This document shows positions 12,304-25,300 of a stretch of 64,000 bases of DNA, one piece after another. The notes under the pieces were generated by a model. The model searched no databases. It was not told the DNA's origin and saw only the letters and a list, made by a program, of their open reading frames with translations. Both the position numbers and the translations under genes were made by a program. Source of the stretch: Macrostomum lignano (taxonomy: Eukaryota); the NCBI GenBank assembly GCA_002269645.1, contig NIVC01001136.1, positions 30,721 through 94,720 on the forward strand, given 5' to 3'. Numbering within the stretch: position 1 is the stretch's first letter; each line of letters starts with the position of its first letter.

Positions 12304-13218
12304 TGTTGTTCTACTATATTAGACTTGTTTGCTTTTGGCTACTGCGCAATGGAAGAGTTGCCAAGTTAGTTTGACTCAGGGTCGAGCAATATTTTGACCT
12401 TCGAGTCTAATTTCTCTCACGCTCTGTCGCTGCGAGTTACTGTAGACTTCGTTGAGGAATCTTATACGTTGAGCGTTACTTAGGAAGGAGCTGTGCTATG
12501 CATTTTTATGAGCAACCGCAGGAGCCTTTAGAAGTACACTCGCATTGCTGTCACGTGCTATTTTAGGCAACAAATTTAGCGTTTAAAATACACGCAAGAC
12601 GCCTATTTATACGCGTATAGTTTGTGTACGCTTATGCCAGAGTACAAATAAACAGTTAGCTTCATGTATGATCTAGGAGTTTTACTCTGACAAAAACGTT
12701 AATTTTAGATCATAAACCAAACAAGCAAGTACATCTGACTAAGCCCCGTAAAAGCGTGTTAGTAGGAACTAAAATCTATTTCTTGTTAGTACCCTTATGT
12801 TTATCATTGCTGCTAAGATGAAATCTTTTATAACGATACAGTCTAAATGACATAAAAATTTAAGCTTAGCCATCAAGAGCTCTCGCAGAGTCTACCAATA
12901 ATGAAAATTCAACTAGGAATTTTGAAGAGTTTAAATTCTAAACGCGTTATTGACAGTCAAGCTGACTCGCTAATACATAATTCAAGTTGCTGCAGAATTT
13001 AAATTTTGCTTACACTAAGTGTCTCTAGTTTCAACCTTCTAAGACGCAGGTCTTCCTGTAGTAGAAATTGAACTACTCTGAAGCTTGGTAAACATTTGCA
13101 CAATTTTCTGGTGGAAAATGGTAGGAGCGATGGCAGTGTAGAAGCATAAAAACCAGCACATTGACTCTTTTTGCGGAAAAACTGCATAGGGAACGTTTGC
13201 TTTGCAATAGAGAAAAAC

Positions 13219-14210
13219 ATGGCATTGATTTTCCATTCACTAATTTTATTCTTCTGCTACAAAGCAGCGTCTGCTCAATACAGTTGGGCTGAGCAGAGGG
13301 ACGACCTGAGCGAGTACAAGCTTGAAACCTCGGTGGCTGGCGTGCGGAGCGGCTTGGACTGCGCGACTCTCGCTGGACCGCAGCATCAAGCGGTTGAGTT
13401 CACTGAGCTCGGTGGCATCTGTCGATTGTACAGCTGCCAGCTTGGAACGAGCGGATGCAGAAAGTGCCGCAATGCGAGAAACTCGACTCTGCCTCTGCTA
13501 CTGGTAGGTGCTCACCGTGCGATCCATTTTTATTCCAATGTCTGTTGCTATCGTGATGCATTATTAATGACCCTACGATTTGGCTAACCGTGATATTACA
13601 GGTGAGACAGCTGGACGAGCTCGGACGAACCTGCTGGCGCACCTTCCAGCACCGAGTGGACGGCTCGGTAGATTTCTACCGGAACTGGACAGACTACTTG
13701 ACTGAGTTCGGACAGGGCGAGGACAGAAACTACTGGATGGGTCTGGAGGCGATCCACCAGCTCACTCGAGCCGGAGACAGGCGCGTGAGGTGGGAGATGA
13801 GCGACTGGAACGGCACTCGCTACTGGTGGGAGGACGCTCAATTCGCCGTGCAGAACGCCAGCCAGGGATACCGAGTCAGCGTCGGAGAGCCTGAAGTCAG
13901 CCGGTCGAATGTTGCAACTTGCAGTCATACCGTTGGTGCCTACATGAACAATGCGATGTTCAGCACACCGGATAAAGATCAAGACAGATGGTCCAGTAAC
14001 TGCGCAGTCACCTACCAAGGAGCCTGGTGGTACGGCAGTTGTCACTGCTTCAACCCGAACGGTCGGTACTTCACGCCTCCAGCAGCTTTTTACTTGTCTG
14101 AGCCGTTGTGGGCCGACGGACTTACATTCTCTTCCCCAGGCATTGGCTATCCACTGAACCACTACTACTCAATGAAGACTTTTGAATGCATGGTGGCTGC
14201 TTCTGTTTGA
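13219..14210 (+). CDS. Secreted fibrinogen-related protein A (signal peptide + PAN/apple-like + FReD), ~297 aa
   Basis: Exons 13219-13503 and 13602-14210, phase 0. Signal peptide MALIFHSLILFFCYKAASA. FReD motifs WRTFQHRVDGSVDFYRNW, FGQ..YWMGLEAIHQLT, FSTPDKDQD, CAVTYQGAWWYGSCHCFNPNG. Confidence 0.88.
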
Positions 14211-15329
14211 ACTATACTTTAGTGCCTACTATATGTCATGTATCCCCTTAAAAGTTTTGAGCGCTTCACAACAACCTTTTTTAAACTTAGTCGCGTAGCT
14301 GATATCTGCAGTGTCGTAAAAGATCTGTATGTCTACGTGTCCCAACGTCGGTAAACTTTCCCCGTGTATTTGGCACTAGTTCTTTCTTGCTTATTTAACT
14401 ATTCCGTGTACTAAAAACCTTTTCGAATGTTACGGTCTATAGCTAGAGAGGGATGGATCCATGTTGTATATGCTTCTAAAAATAATGCTCATTTGTGAGC
14501 AAAAAAGAAGAAAACAATGCAAAGTGTTTATTTTTTATCTGTAAACTCGAAGGCACATTTAGAGACGTGTACTGCTAAGCTTTTTTCGAGTCTTAAATAT
14601 ATATTGAAACTATCTAAAAAATGAAATCTATACTATTGCAGGTGTTCTTTGCTATTTTTCGTTTTTCGTAACGATTTTGTGGGACCATGCGTAAAATGCT
14701 TCAGCAAGTAGTGTGAGTAAATTAGCTGATTTTCTTCTAACATAAACGCGCTAGTGACTTGTCTAACGCGTATTTTTGTTCAAAGCCTTAACCAAAAGTC
14801 CCTTCAGAAAAGCATTTTTCATTACTTCTGTCTACGAAGCTGCTACGGCTTATTAATAAGTAATAATTCTGCCAAAACCATTCTCTATCGTTGCGTGTAG
14901 GAATAGAAGTTTCCACTCAAACAAAAGCCTAGCAGCTTCGTCGCAAGTGTAAACTGCGGGCGAAAATGCAATTTGTGAGTTGGGAACAAAATCTAGCTAT
15001 AGGGGATCTGCAAGACGCGGCGGCCCATGCAGCGTTTTAATTAGCTTTCTTCCCCAAAAACTGGTTGGAGAATTGCCAGCTGGGGCTGTTAAGTCTTCCC
15101 TCCACCAGCAGTCTTTCTAATGGGTTAGGCATCTACGCAGTGACAACAAAAACTGTTTTTTAGCAACGCAAGAGCTGGCTGTGGATAAAGGCGCATATTA
15201 AGAATGCGCATAAAGAATCTTCTTACTAAGCCCACTTGCAACAGCAGCTAACCAGACCACGTCTATTGAGCTACTCTCGTAAAAAGCCTAAATTGTGCAG
15301 GCACTCAATTTTCCTTTCGAAAACTCGCC

Positions 15330-16315
15330 ATGATCTACGCACTGCTCGTAGTGGCTATTTTTTTCTGCGGCGGTTTCTGCCAGGACCGATGGGCTGAGCA
15401 GAGAGACGACCTGAGCGAGTACAAGCTTGACAGCTCGGTGGCTGGTGTGCGGAGCGGCTTGGAGTGCGCGACTCTCGCTAGACCGCAGCACCAAGCGGTC
15501 GAGTTCACTGAGCTCGGCGGCATCTGTCGATTGTACAGCTGCCAGCTTGGAACAAGCGGATGCAGAAAGTGCCGCAATGCGAGAAACTCGACTCTGCCTC
15601 TGCTGCTGGTAGGTGCTCACCGTGTGATTCATTTTTATTCCAATGTCTGTTGCTATCGTTATGCATTATTAATGACCCTACGATTTGGCTAACCCTGATA
15701 TTACAGGTAAGACAGCTGCACGAGCTCGGACGAACCTGCTGGCGCACCTTCCAGCACCGAGTGGACGGCTCGGTAGATTTCTACCGGAACTGGACAGACT
15801 ACTTGACTGAGTTCGGACAGGGCGAGGACAGAAACTACTGGATGGGTCTGGAGGCGATCCACCAGCTCACTCGAGCCGGAGACAGGCGCGTGAGGTGGGA
15901 GATGAGCGACTGGAACGGCACTCGCTACTATCTGGAAGACACGCACTTCGCCATACAGGACGCCAGCCAGGGATACCGAGTCAGCGTCGGGGAGCAGGAT
16001 TTGAGTAAATCGAATGTCGTGGCCTGTAGCCATGGCAGCCCATACTTTTTAAATGGAAATATGTTTAGCACCATGGACAGAGATCAGGATGCGGGGACTC
16101 AAAACTGTGCTATCAGCTATCACGGAGGCTGGTGGTACGCTAGCTGTCACTGCTTCAATCCGAACGGAAAGTACTTTGAACCTCCGTTTGCTTTCAATCA
16201 GACGCAGCCTTTGGCTGGAGTTGGCATGTCATTTACTTCGCAAGATCCAGTTTACCCGTTCGTGCACTCCTATTCAATGAAGACGTATGAGTGCATGGTT
16301 GCAGGATCACTCTAA
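15330..16315 (+). CDS. Secreted fibrinogen-related protein B, ~295 aa
   Basis: Exons 15330-15608 and 15707-16315. Signal peptide MIYALLVVAIFFCGGFC. Same FReD motifs with a divergent C-terminal half (FSTMDRDQD..CAISYHGGWWYASCHCFNPNG). Confidence 0.88.
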
Positions 16316-17548
16316 ATTATGCCAATTAAGTGTCAGTGGCTTTATCACATCATTGACGAGACTCATTAATTACTAAATCCAAATTTAATTACATTCTTAA
16401 ATGAATACATAATGAAAATCTTAAGTGATGCGTGATTTGTTTAACTTTTTGCATCCTGGTAACTGATTAAACAATTCAATGCAGTTCGTAGATTATTTTT
16501 TGTATCAAATCCCGAATTCTGATCGAAAACAACTATTCTTTCAATAATTTCTATTTTTTGACAATGCACTGTGTTTCTTTTTTATAGATTTGCGGCTCTT
16601 GCACCTTTAAAATTTTTGTTTTTGCGGGAGTTATGTAGATGAATAAACATGAATTTTGAGCTATTTATGAAAGTAGCTCCCGAAAAGGCATGCTGAATAT
16701 CAGATAAAACGTAGACAGAAAGATTTTACCTGATATTATTAAATGTTACTAAAAAACATCCTGGAGAACGCAAATAATGCGTGGAAAGCCACTGTATCTA
16801 CAATTTAGCTTTCAGTTAAAATAGACGCAAACAAAGCTAGTATTTTTTACGGTAAAAACTCTAACAGTTCAATCTGCTTCGACTTTCTTATTCATCGAGA
16901 AAGTTTTAATCATATGCAGCATTGTTTGAATATGGGCTAGCATTTATGCTTGCACTGTCTCTAAGGCACTAACCATGAGCCGCTCTGCATCCTAATCCCG
17001 TGAGTAGCAGTCCTCAGCAGCATTAGAAGTACTCTAATTTGCGTCCCCTGCACAGTATCAGCAGTGTATCGCCTGACTCAGCCCTCAAATACGCCACTGG
17101 CACACCTGGCAACAGGTACTTTTCACATGTAAGGCTTCTCAGGCAGTTAACTCAATACATAAAATTCTCCGCAGTTACTGGGGGATGCGAGTCTTTGTGG
17201 GAAAATTACGAGCGTAATTGGAAGTTGGGAAGAAAATTGGTGTCGCGTTGCTAACAACAAAACTTGAGAATCATGTGACTAGCGCTAACCTCTCTACCCC
17301 GGCAGGGAGGCAGCAGTTTACAATAACAATGGAATTTTCTCTTCCAACCCCTAGACAGGAAAATTCTAGCCGAAGTCAGATAGAAATTGCCAATAAAAAC
17401 TCTTTCTCGCTTCTCAGTCTGAAAGCGATTTGAGAAAGAAACCATCCAGTTGATTCCAGCAAACAACTGCAACTAACTGTAAATTTTCAAAGCCGAGACA
17501 ACTGCAGAAAGTCAGCCCCTACTACTTGAGAAGCTCTACGAAACGAAG

Positions 17549-18519
17549 ATGAATGCTGAACTTCTTGTAGTAATCACTCTGCTGTGTAGAACTGCTTCGT
17601 CGCAGCTCAACTGGGCCGTGCAGAGAGACGACCTGAGCGAGTACAAGCTTGACAGCTCGGTGGCTGGCGTGCGGAGCGACTTGGAGTGCGCGACTCTCGC
17701 TAGACCGCAGCACCAAGCGATTAAGTTCGATCGCGAGCGGTACACTTGTCGATTGTACAGCTGCCAGCTTGGAACGAGCGGATGCAGAAAGTGCCGCAAT
17801 GCGAGAAACTCGACTCTGCCTCTGCTGCTGGTAGGTGCTCACCGTGCGATCCATTTTTATTCCAATGTCTGTTGCAATCGTTATGCATTTGGCTAACCGT
17901 GATATTACAGGTGAGACAGCTGGACGAGCTCGGACGAACCTGCTGGCGCACCTTCCAGCACCGAGTGGACGGCTCGGTAGATTTCTACCGGAACTGGACA
18001 AACTACTTGACTGAGTTCGGACAGGGCGAGGACAGAAACTACTGGATGGGTCTGGAAGCGATCCACCAGCTCACTCGAGCCGGAGACAGGCGCGTGAGGT
18101 GGGAGATGAGCGACTGGAACGGCACTCGCTACTGGTGGGAGGACGCTCACTTCGCCGTGCAGGACGCCAGTCAAGGATACCGAGTCAGCGTCGGAGAGCC
18201 TGAAGTCGGCCGGTCGAATGTTGCAACTTGCAGTCATACCGTTGGTGCCTACATGAACAATGCGATGTTCAGCACACCGGATAAGGATCAAGACACATGG
18301 TCCAGTAACTGCGCAGTCACCTACCAAGGAGCCTGGTGGTACGGCAGTTGTCACTGCTTCAACCCGAACGGTCGGTACTTCACGCCTCCAGCAGCTTTTT
18401 ACTTGTCTGAGCCGTTGTGGGCCGACGGACTTACGTTCTCTTCCCCAGGCATTGGCTATCCGCTGAGCCACTACTACTCAATGAAGACTTTTGAATGCAT
18501 GGTGGCTGCTTCTGTTTGA
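17549..18519 (+). CDS. Secreted fibrinogen-related protein C, ~296 aa
   Basis: Exons 17549-17830 and 17911-18519. Signal peptide MNAELLVVITLLCRTASS. Intact FReD motifs. Confidence 0.88.
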
Positions 18520-19370
18520 ACAACCCGCGAATTCGAATTGTATGCGGAAGAATAAGAAACTATTTTTAGACATACTTTTTATTAAATCTTGGTAAACCAA
18601 AAGTAACTATTAGGGATCTAGGATGCTACACTCGGTTCCGATAAAGTTTCTATAAAAGAGACACAATTCTTTAAGGAGCAGTTTTTGCCTTTTTCAGCAA
18701 TGACCGACTGCAGATTACGGGTTTGCGTTACTTTTGCGTTACTTTTGCGTCACTTTAACTCACTCTTCTTATACGGCAGAGAAACCTTAAGGATTTCAAT
18801 TTTTTACAGTTTACAGTTGAAGAAAAACATTGTCTGTTCATATCCTGCTGCAGCGACTGTGTTATAAGTGCAGGTAACAACGCAAGGTATTGCTTTTTCA
18901 TTTTCTTTTTTGAGAAGAAAAGTGTGTCTTTAAAATTAAAGAAAATTTTTTAAATTAAAGTGTCTTTAAAATGTTAAAATTAAAGTTAAATGTTAAAGTT
19001 AATGTTAAATGTTAAAATGTCTTTAAAATGTCTTTAAAATTAAAATTAGAATTTTTTAAATTTTTAAACACTTATTTGCCATTTACGTTTGTTTGTTGAC
19101 GAGCTATCTGTATCGTGCACTGCTAAATGTCGTGCAGTGCACGTGCTAAATCTCTAAACTAACTGCGCATATGTTGTAGACGCTTTATAGAACAGTTTGT
19201 GTTAAAAAGTGAAATAAAGAAAGGATAAAAGAAGCCTAAGTAAGTACTTAAAGCCTTTTCAATCAAGTATTTAACTTTTCTCAAAGCCAGAAATTAATAA
19301 AGAGTTCAAATTCCTTTTTTCAACTTTCGATTACCGTTTATTGGTCTGACCGAGGAAACTCTTCAACAAA

Positions 19371-22300
19371 ATGAACAATTCATTGTGGCAGTCAAATCTG
19401 GTGCCGCAAGCTCTGTGGAGCTCTCTACCGGGATCTCGTCAAGGCGCTGGAGCTTTCGCCAAGCACCAGCAAACTAATAATCAGTTTTCACCTGTCGACT
19501 ACGTGGTTCTGGGCGTCTTTCTGACCGCTTCACTGGCGGTCGGGATTGTAGCAAGCTTTATAGGACGGCGAAAAGGTACTGCAGCTGTGATGTAGATTGT
19601 ACATTTACGTATAGTCCGAAAGATGCAATTTATCGATCGGTAGTTTCCTTTATTTGTATCCTTGGTCGGTAGTTTCCTCTAATGATAGATTTCTCGTTCG
19701 GTAGTCTCTTCTTTTGGTAGATTTTTCAGTCGGTAGTTTCCTCTATTGGTAGTTTCCTCGATCGGTAGTTTCCTCGATCGGTAGTTTCCTCGATCGGTAG
19801 TTTCCTCGATCGGTAGTTTCCTCGATCGGTAGTTTCCTTGATCGGTAGTTTCCTCGATCGGTAGTTTCCTTGATCGGTAGTTTCCTCGATCGGTAGTTTC
19901 CTCGATCGGTAGTTTCCTCGATCGGTAGTTTCCTCGATCGGTAGTTTCCTCGATCGGTAGTTTCCTCGATCGGTAGTTTCCTCGATCGGTAGTTTCCTCG
20001 ATCGGTAGTTTCCTCGATCGGTAGTTTCCTCGATCGGTAGTTTCCTTGATCGGTAGTTTCCTCGATCGGTAGTTTACTCGGTCATTGGTTGTTACTATGC
20101 GCTTTTCGAGTTTTTTTGGGTTTTAAGTATTCGAAACTCACTACTAGCAAAAGTAGTAAAGATAAAAATCTTTTTAATTAGTATCTTCTGTTCTATTTAA
20201 TAACTAACTAATTAAAATAAAAACAAACGTGAATCGTTTTTGAGGCTTTAGTTTCTTCCCTTTTAATACAATGCGTCGAATAATAAGGCTAATGAAAAGG
20301 TAAAAAGAAAAGTAAAGAGATGGAAGAGAAGGTAGGAGAGAAGAGAGGAGAGCAGGGATAGGCGCCTATCCACATATACCATATGAACCTAATTTTAACC
20401 CTTAAATTTGTGACAAAGTTTAAAACGTGATAAGGCAGATTGCTAAGTAGATTACCCTACTTTTAGCTTTTACCCTACTAGTAGTAGTTAAGGGTGGGGA
20501 AATTTTAGCAGTGGATAGATAAGGAATTTGAAAGTTGCTATACAAGTATAGAGCAGTTGGGCTCTGGGTCTGTTTATTATGTAACATTCTTCAAAAAATT
20601 AAGTATTTCGGATCATTTTTCATTCTTTAATCTTACATAATGTGATTATAAGAACAGTAGGGAAACTGGTAGCAGAATGCAACTACCAAACTCAACTACC
20701 GTACCAACTAGTGATACCCTAAGTTCTCTTTAGTAAAAGCATCCTACTCGAGAATTCCAGGAAAATATCTTCGGCCAAAATGTCAGTAAAACCTACTACT
20801 TACTACTTACTTACTTACTACTTACTTACTTACTACTTACTTACTTACTACTTACTTACTTACTACTTACTTACTTACTACTTACTTACTTACTACTTAC
20901 TTACTTACTACTTATCTTTACACAGGCAACGCAGACGATGGCAGCGCCGGCTCGGACGAAAAAGAAGAATTCGTAATGGGCGGCCGCAAGCAGCAGGTGA
21001 TCCCAGTGGCCCTGTCACTGTTGGTGTCGTTCAACTCGGCCATACTAATCCTCGGGGGTCCAGCCGAGATCTACTTCAATGGCACAATGTACGTGCTGTC
21101 AATATTTGGCGAGCAGATCGGTTGCGTTCTGGCGGCTCTGATATTCGTGCCGGTGTTTTATCAGCTGCGACTGACGAGCTCGTTCGAGGTGAGAACCTGT
21201 AGCGTTTGCCGATTGCGGTGCAACCACAATAAGTTATGGCTAAAAATTCATTTATTAAAGAGATCAAAAAATATATGGGAACTAGAGGATCTAACGTAGA
21301 CAGTTTTCCCAAACTGCAGAAAATATTATAAACTCGAGAAATATGAATTGCATTTTAAACCACTTGAATAAATCTTATTCTATGATCACATGAAGTTGAG
21401 TCTGTTTATTATTTTGTTATTCTTATCTCCTCTTTCAGAGCTAAAGACTCCAAAAAGTTCACAAAAGTTAGACCTTATAATATATTTAATTATAACATCA
21501 CAGGACTGTCGTAATGAGCTTTCTGTAGCTGACGTCACGGGACTGTCGTAAAGAGTTTTCTGTAGCTGACGTCACGGGACTGTCGTAAAGAGCTTTCTGT
21601 AGCTGACGTCACGGGACTGTCGTTAATAGTTTTCAGTAACTGTCGTCACGGGACTGTCGTAAAGAGCTTTCTGTAGCTTTCGTCACGGGACTGTCGTAAA
21701 GAGTTTTCAGTAGCTGACGTCACGGGACTGTCGTAAAGAGTTTTCTGTAGCTGACGTCACGGGACTGTCGTAAAGAGTTTTCTGTAGCTGACGTCACGGG
21801 ACTGTCGTTAATAGTTTTCAGTAACTGTCGTCACGGGACTGTCGTAAAGAGCTTTCTGTAGCTTTCGTCACGGGACTGTCGTAAAGAGTTTTCAGTAGCT
21901 GACGTCACGGGACTGTCGTAAAGAGTTTTCAGTAGCTGACGTCACGGGACTGTCGTAAAGAGTTTTCTGTAGCTGACGTCACGGGACTGTCGTAAAGAGT
22001 TTTCTGTAGCTGACGTCACGGGACTGTCGTAAAGAGTTTTCTGTAGCTGACGTCACGGGACTGTCGTTAATAGTTTTCAGTAACTGTCGTCACGGGACTG
22101 TCGTAAAGAGCTTTCTGTAGCTTTCGTCACGGGACTGTCGTAAAGAGTTTTCAGTAGCTGACGTCACGGGACTGTCGTAAAGAGTTTTCTGTAGCTGACG
22201 TCACGGGACTGTCGTTAATAGTTTTCAGTAACTGTCGTCACGGAACTGTCGTAAAGAGCTTTCTGTAGCTTTCGTCACGGGACTGTCGTAAAGAGTTTTC

Positions 22301-25300
22301 AGTAGCTGACGTCACGGGACTGTCGTAAAGAGTTTTCTGTAGCTGACGTCACGGGACTGTCGTAAAGAGTTTTCTGTAGCTGACGTCACGGGACTGTCGT
22401 TAAGAGTTTTTCTAGCCAAGAATTCATCAAGAATTCTCGTAATTTCATTGCAGTATCTCGAGCTGAGATTCAAGTCTCGTCTTGTTCGACTGATGGGAAA
22501 TTTCCTGTTTCTAATTAGTAACGTGAGTATATAGTGGCTTTTACTAAAACTTATAGGTGCCTGTGTTCTTAAACGTACACTTTATTACCTGATATAGATT
22601 TATCTGATTTGACAAAAACTTACAGGTGATCTACATGGGACTTGCATTGTACGCTCCAGCCACTGCCTTGCAGTATGGTAAGTCGCATTGTGAAATGCAG
22701 GCATCTGTTTAAGTCAATACAGGTGCTGCACTTGCAAATTAGGCAAAATTTCGCTGTAGGTCGTTTATCGTTGAAAAAATGCATTAGCTTGATAGCGGAG
22801 GGATTGATGGTTATTTCTCAGCCTAATGGAACTGAAGTCCTAATATCTCACCCTTTCGACTTTTTAACTGGCGTGTACACAGGAACTTTTATTTATTGTA
22901 GGGGGTAGCAATCATTAGGGGTGCCACTATTTGGTGCTTTGGTGGGCGCCCCTGTCTCTTGGTGGGCGCCCCTGTCTCTTGGTGGGCGCCCCTGTCTTTT
23001 GGGGGGCGCCCCTGTCTTTTGGAGGGCCACCACCCCCTGTCTCTTGGAGGGCGCCCCTGTCTTTCGGTTGGCGCCCCTGTCTCTTGGGCGCCCCTGTCTC
23101 TTGGAGGGCGCCCCTGTCTTTTGGAGGGCCACCCCCTGTCTCTTGGAGGGCGCCCCTGTCTCTCGGTTGGCGCCCCTGTCTCTCGGTTGGCGCCCCTGTC
23201 TCTCGGTTGGCGCCCTTGTCTCTCGGTTGGCGCCCCTGTCTCTCGGTTGGCGCCCCTGTCTCTCGGTTGGCGCCCCTGTCTCTCGGTTGGCGCCCCTGTC
23301 TCTCGTTTGGCGCCCCTGTCTCTTCGTTGGCGGCCATTCCCCTGTCTTCTATGTGTAGTAGCCTTATACTTTTGTTACCTTAATTGAAATATGGATATTG
23401 ACATTCATAATTTTGCAATCCGTTAAACACTTTTAGTTTCCAACGGTGCCATCCCTGTTGAAGCGTCAATCGCCGTGAGCGGTGTGATCTGCACTTTCTA
23501 CACAGCCTGGGTTAGTGACTACACGAGTAATTCTACATTTTTTATAAATAGCTGACGCAGACGAATCTTGCACTGTTTAAATAAGATTTAAAGAAGATTT
23601 AATAGACTCTTTGTTGTCATGCGATTCACAGCCATGAGGGGCAACCTCTCCCCCCACCGCAGAGAGTGTAAATATGTGTTGCACATTATCACTATTAGTA
23701 AATCCGCTATTCCAAAAAGTTCTAATATTCACTTTGTGTCGTTTCAATCAGGGCGGACTCAAGGCTGTGATCTGGACTGATGTTTTTCAATCGGTTGTGA
23801 TGACGGCAGGAATTTTGGCTATCATTATTCGGGTAAGTTAAAAGTTTACTTACCCGAAAGTCAAACAAAATGCTTGAACTTGATCTTGTATTATTACATA
23901 GTTTACAATTAATTTCTGTTGCAGGGACTCATTGACCTGGGTGGCATTGGAAATGTGTGGCAGATATCGTACAAATATGGTCGCATCGAGTTCGACAAGT
24001 GAGTTTCAATAATGTCCCTTTTAAACTTCAGTTGCGCTGACTACTGCCGCTAAAAGGGGTGTCGTTTTTGGCACGGCAGCAGGCACTCATTTTGGTGCCG
24101 CTGGCAGGGTAACAAGGTGGGTACGAGTAGGTGGGCAAAGCATAGGTATGTCCACCACACAGCTTTTACTGAACGGGGGGACATGTCCCCCTGTCCCCTC
24201 AGTGCCGACCTCCCCTGGTTACTAAGGCAATACAGGCAATTGCATGGAATGTGCTACACGTCGTTTTTGTAAGTATGTCGATGTCAAATCTTAAAAAGTT
24301 ACTTTTTACTGCGTATTGCATATGAGGGGAGAGGGGAGGGGAGATGAGGGGAGAAGAGAGGGGAGATGAGGGGAGAGGAGAGTGGAGAGTAGAGGAGAGA
24401 GGAGAGGAGAGATAAGAGGAGAGGGGATAGGAGAGAGGAGATGATTGGAGAGGAGAGGAGAGAGGGGAGATTAGGGCAGACGAGAGGAGAGGGGAGATGA
24501 TTGGAGAGGAGAGGAGAGGAGAGGAGAGGAGAGGAGAGGAGAGGAGAGGAGAGGAGAGGAGAGGAGAGGAGAGGAGAGGAGAGGAGAGGAGAGGAGAGGA
24601 GAGGAGAGGAGAGGAGAGGAGAGAGAGAGGAGAGGAGAGGAGAGGAGAGGAGAGGAGAGGAGAGGAGAGGAGAGGAGAGGAGAGGAGAGGAGAGGAGAGG
24701 AGAGGAGAGGAGAGGAGAGGAGAGGAGAGGAGAGGAGAGGAGAAGAGAAGAAAGGAGAGGAGAGGAGAGTAGAGGAGAGGAGAGGAGAGGAGAGGAGAGG
24801 AGAGGAGGAGAGGAGAGGAGAGGAGAGGAGAGGAGAGGAGAGGAGAGGAGAGGAGAGGAGAGGAGAGGAGAGGAGAGGAGAGGAGAGAGAGAGCTGAGAA
24901 GAGACTCAAACCCTGAGCAGGCCGCATTGCTATTGTGAAGTTTCAAAGGACTCGAGGGCCGGATAGAGAGGCATTGCGGGCCGCTTGTTCTATAGCGTAT
25001 GCGCATTCTGTTCATTATTTTTTAGCTTCAGCTTAGATCCCCGAGTTCGTCACACAGTCTGGGGTCTGGTGGTTAACGGCATCGCCTACTCCAGCACATT
25101 CGGCGTGTCTCAAGCCTCCGTGCAGCGGTACTGCTCAGTGAAAACTATGCGACAGGCTCAATTGTAAATGTGGCCATTTTTATGACTTATTCATTGTGTT
25201 GTGATTTGGGCCATAGACATGGGCTAGGCGTAGCGTTAAGGGCACAGCAGCCCAGCAGTAAACGCGTCTCTGACTGTCGCGCTATGACACCTAGCCCTAG

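Noticed and set aside
13596-14162. 188-aa antisense ORF repeated opposite each FReD exon 2
   Set aside because: Shadow of GC-rich sense codons; its recurrence follows from paralog near-identity, and it has no recognisable motifs.
15560-15706. FReD frame stays open through the intron to an upstream ATG in B-E (possible alternative N-terminus)
   Set aside because: The intron is short and the copies are not independent. Copy A has a stop there. The spliced model gives a proper signal peptide.
21500-22412. CRISPR-like appearance of the 37-bp array
   Set aside because: Units are contiguous with no unique spacers, there are no cas genes, and the context is a eukaryotic intron.
22893-23387. Multi-frame ORFs over the 20-bp, 16-bp, 46-bp, 19-bp and 25-bp intronic arrays
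   Set aside because: Periodic minisatellite artefacts lying within introns of a well-supported gene.
24030-24228. Possible MITE (CAG...GGGGGACATGTCCCC...CTG) in SLC5 intron 7
   Set aside because: Terminal inverted repeats are weak and no target-site duplication could be identified.
24199-25015. Long ORFs SSPLL.../EERRG... (also 44066-45130 and 60392-60939)
   Set aside because: Translations of the (GAGAG)n microsatellite inside an SLC5 intron; stop-free by composition.
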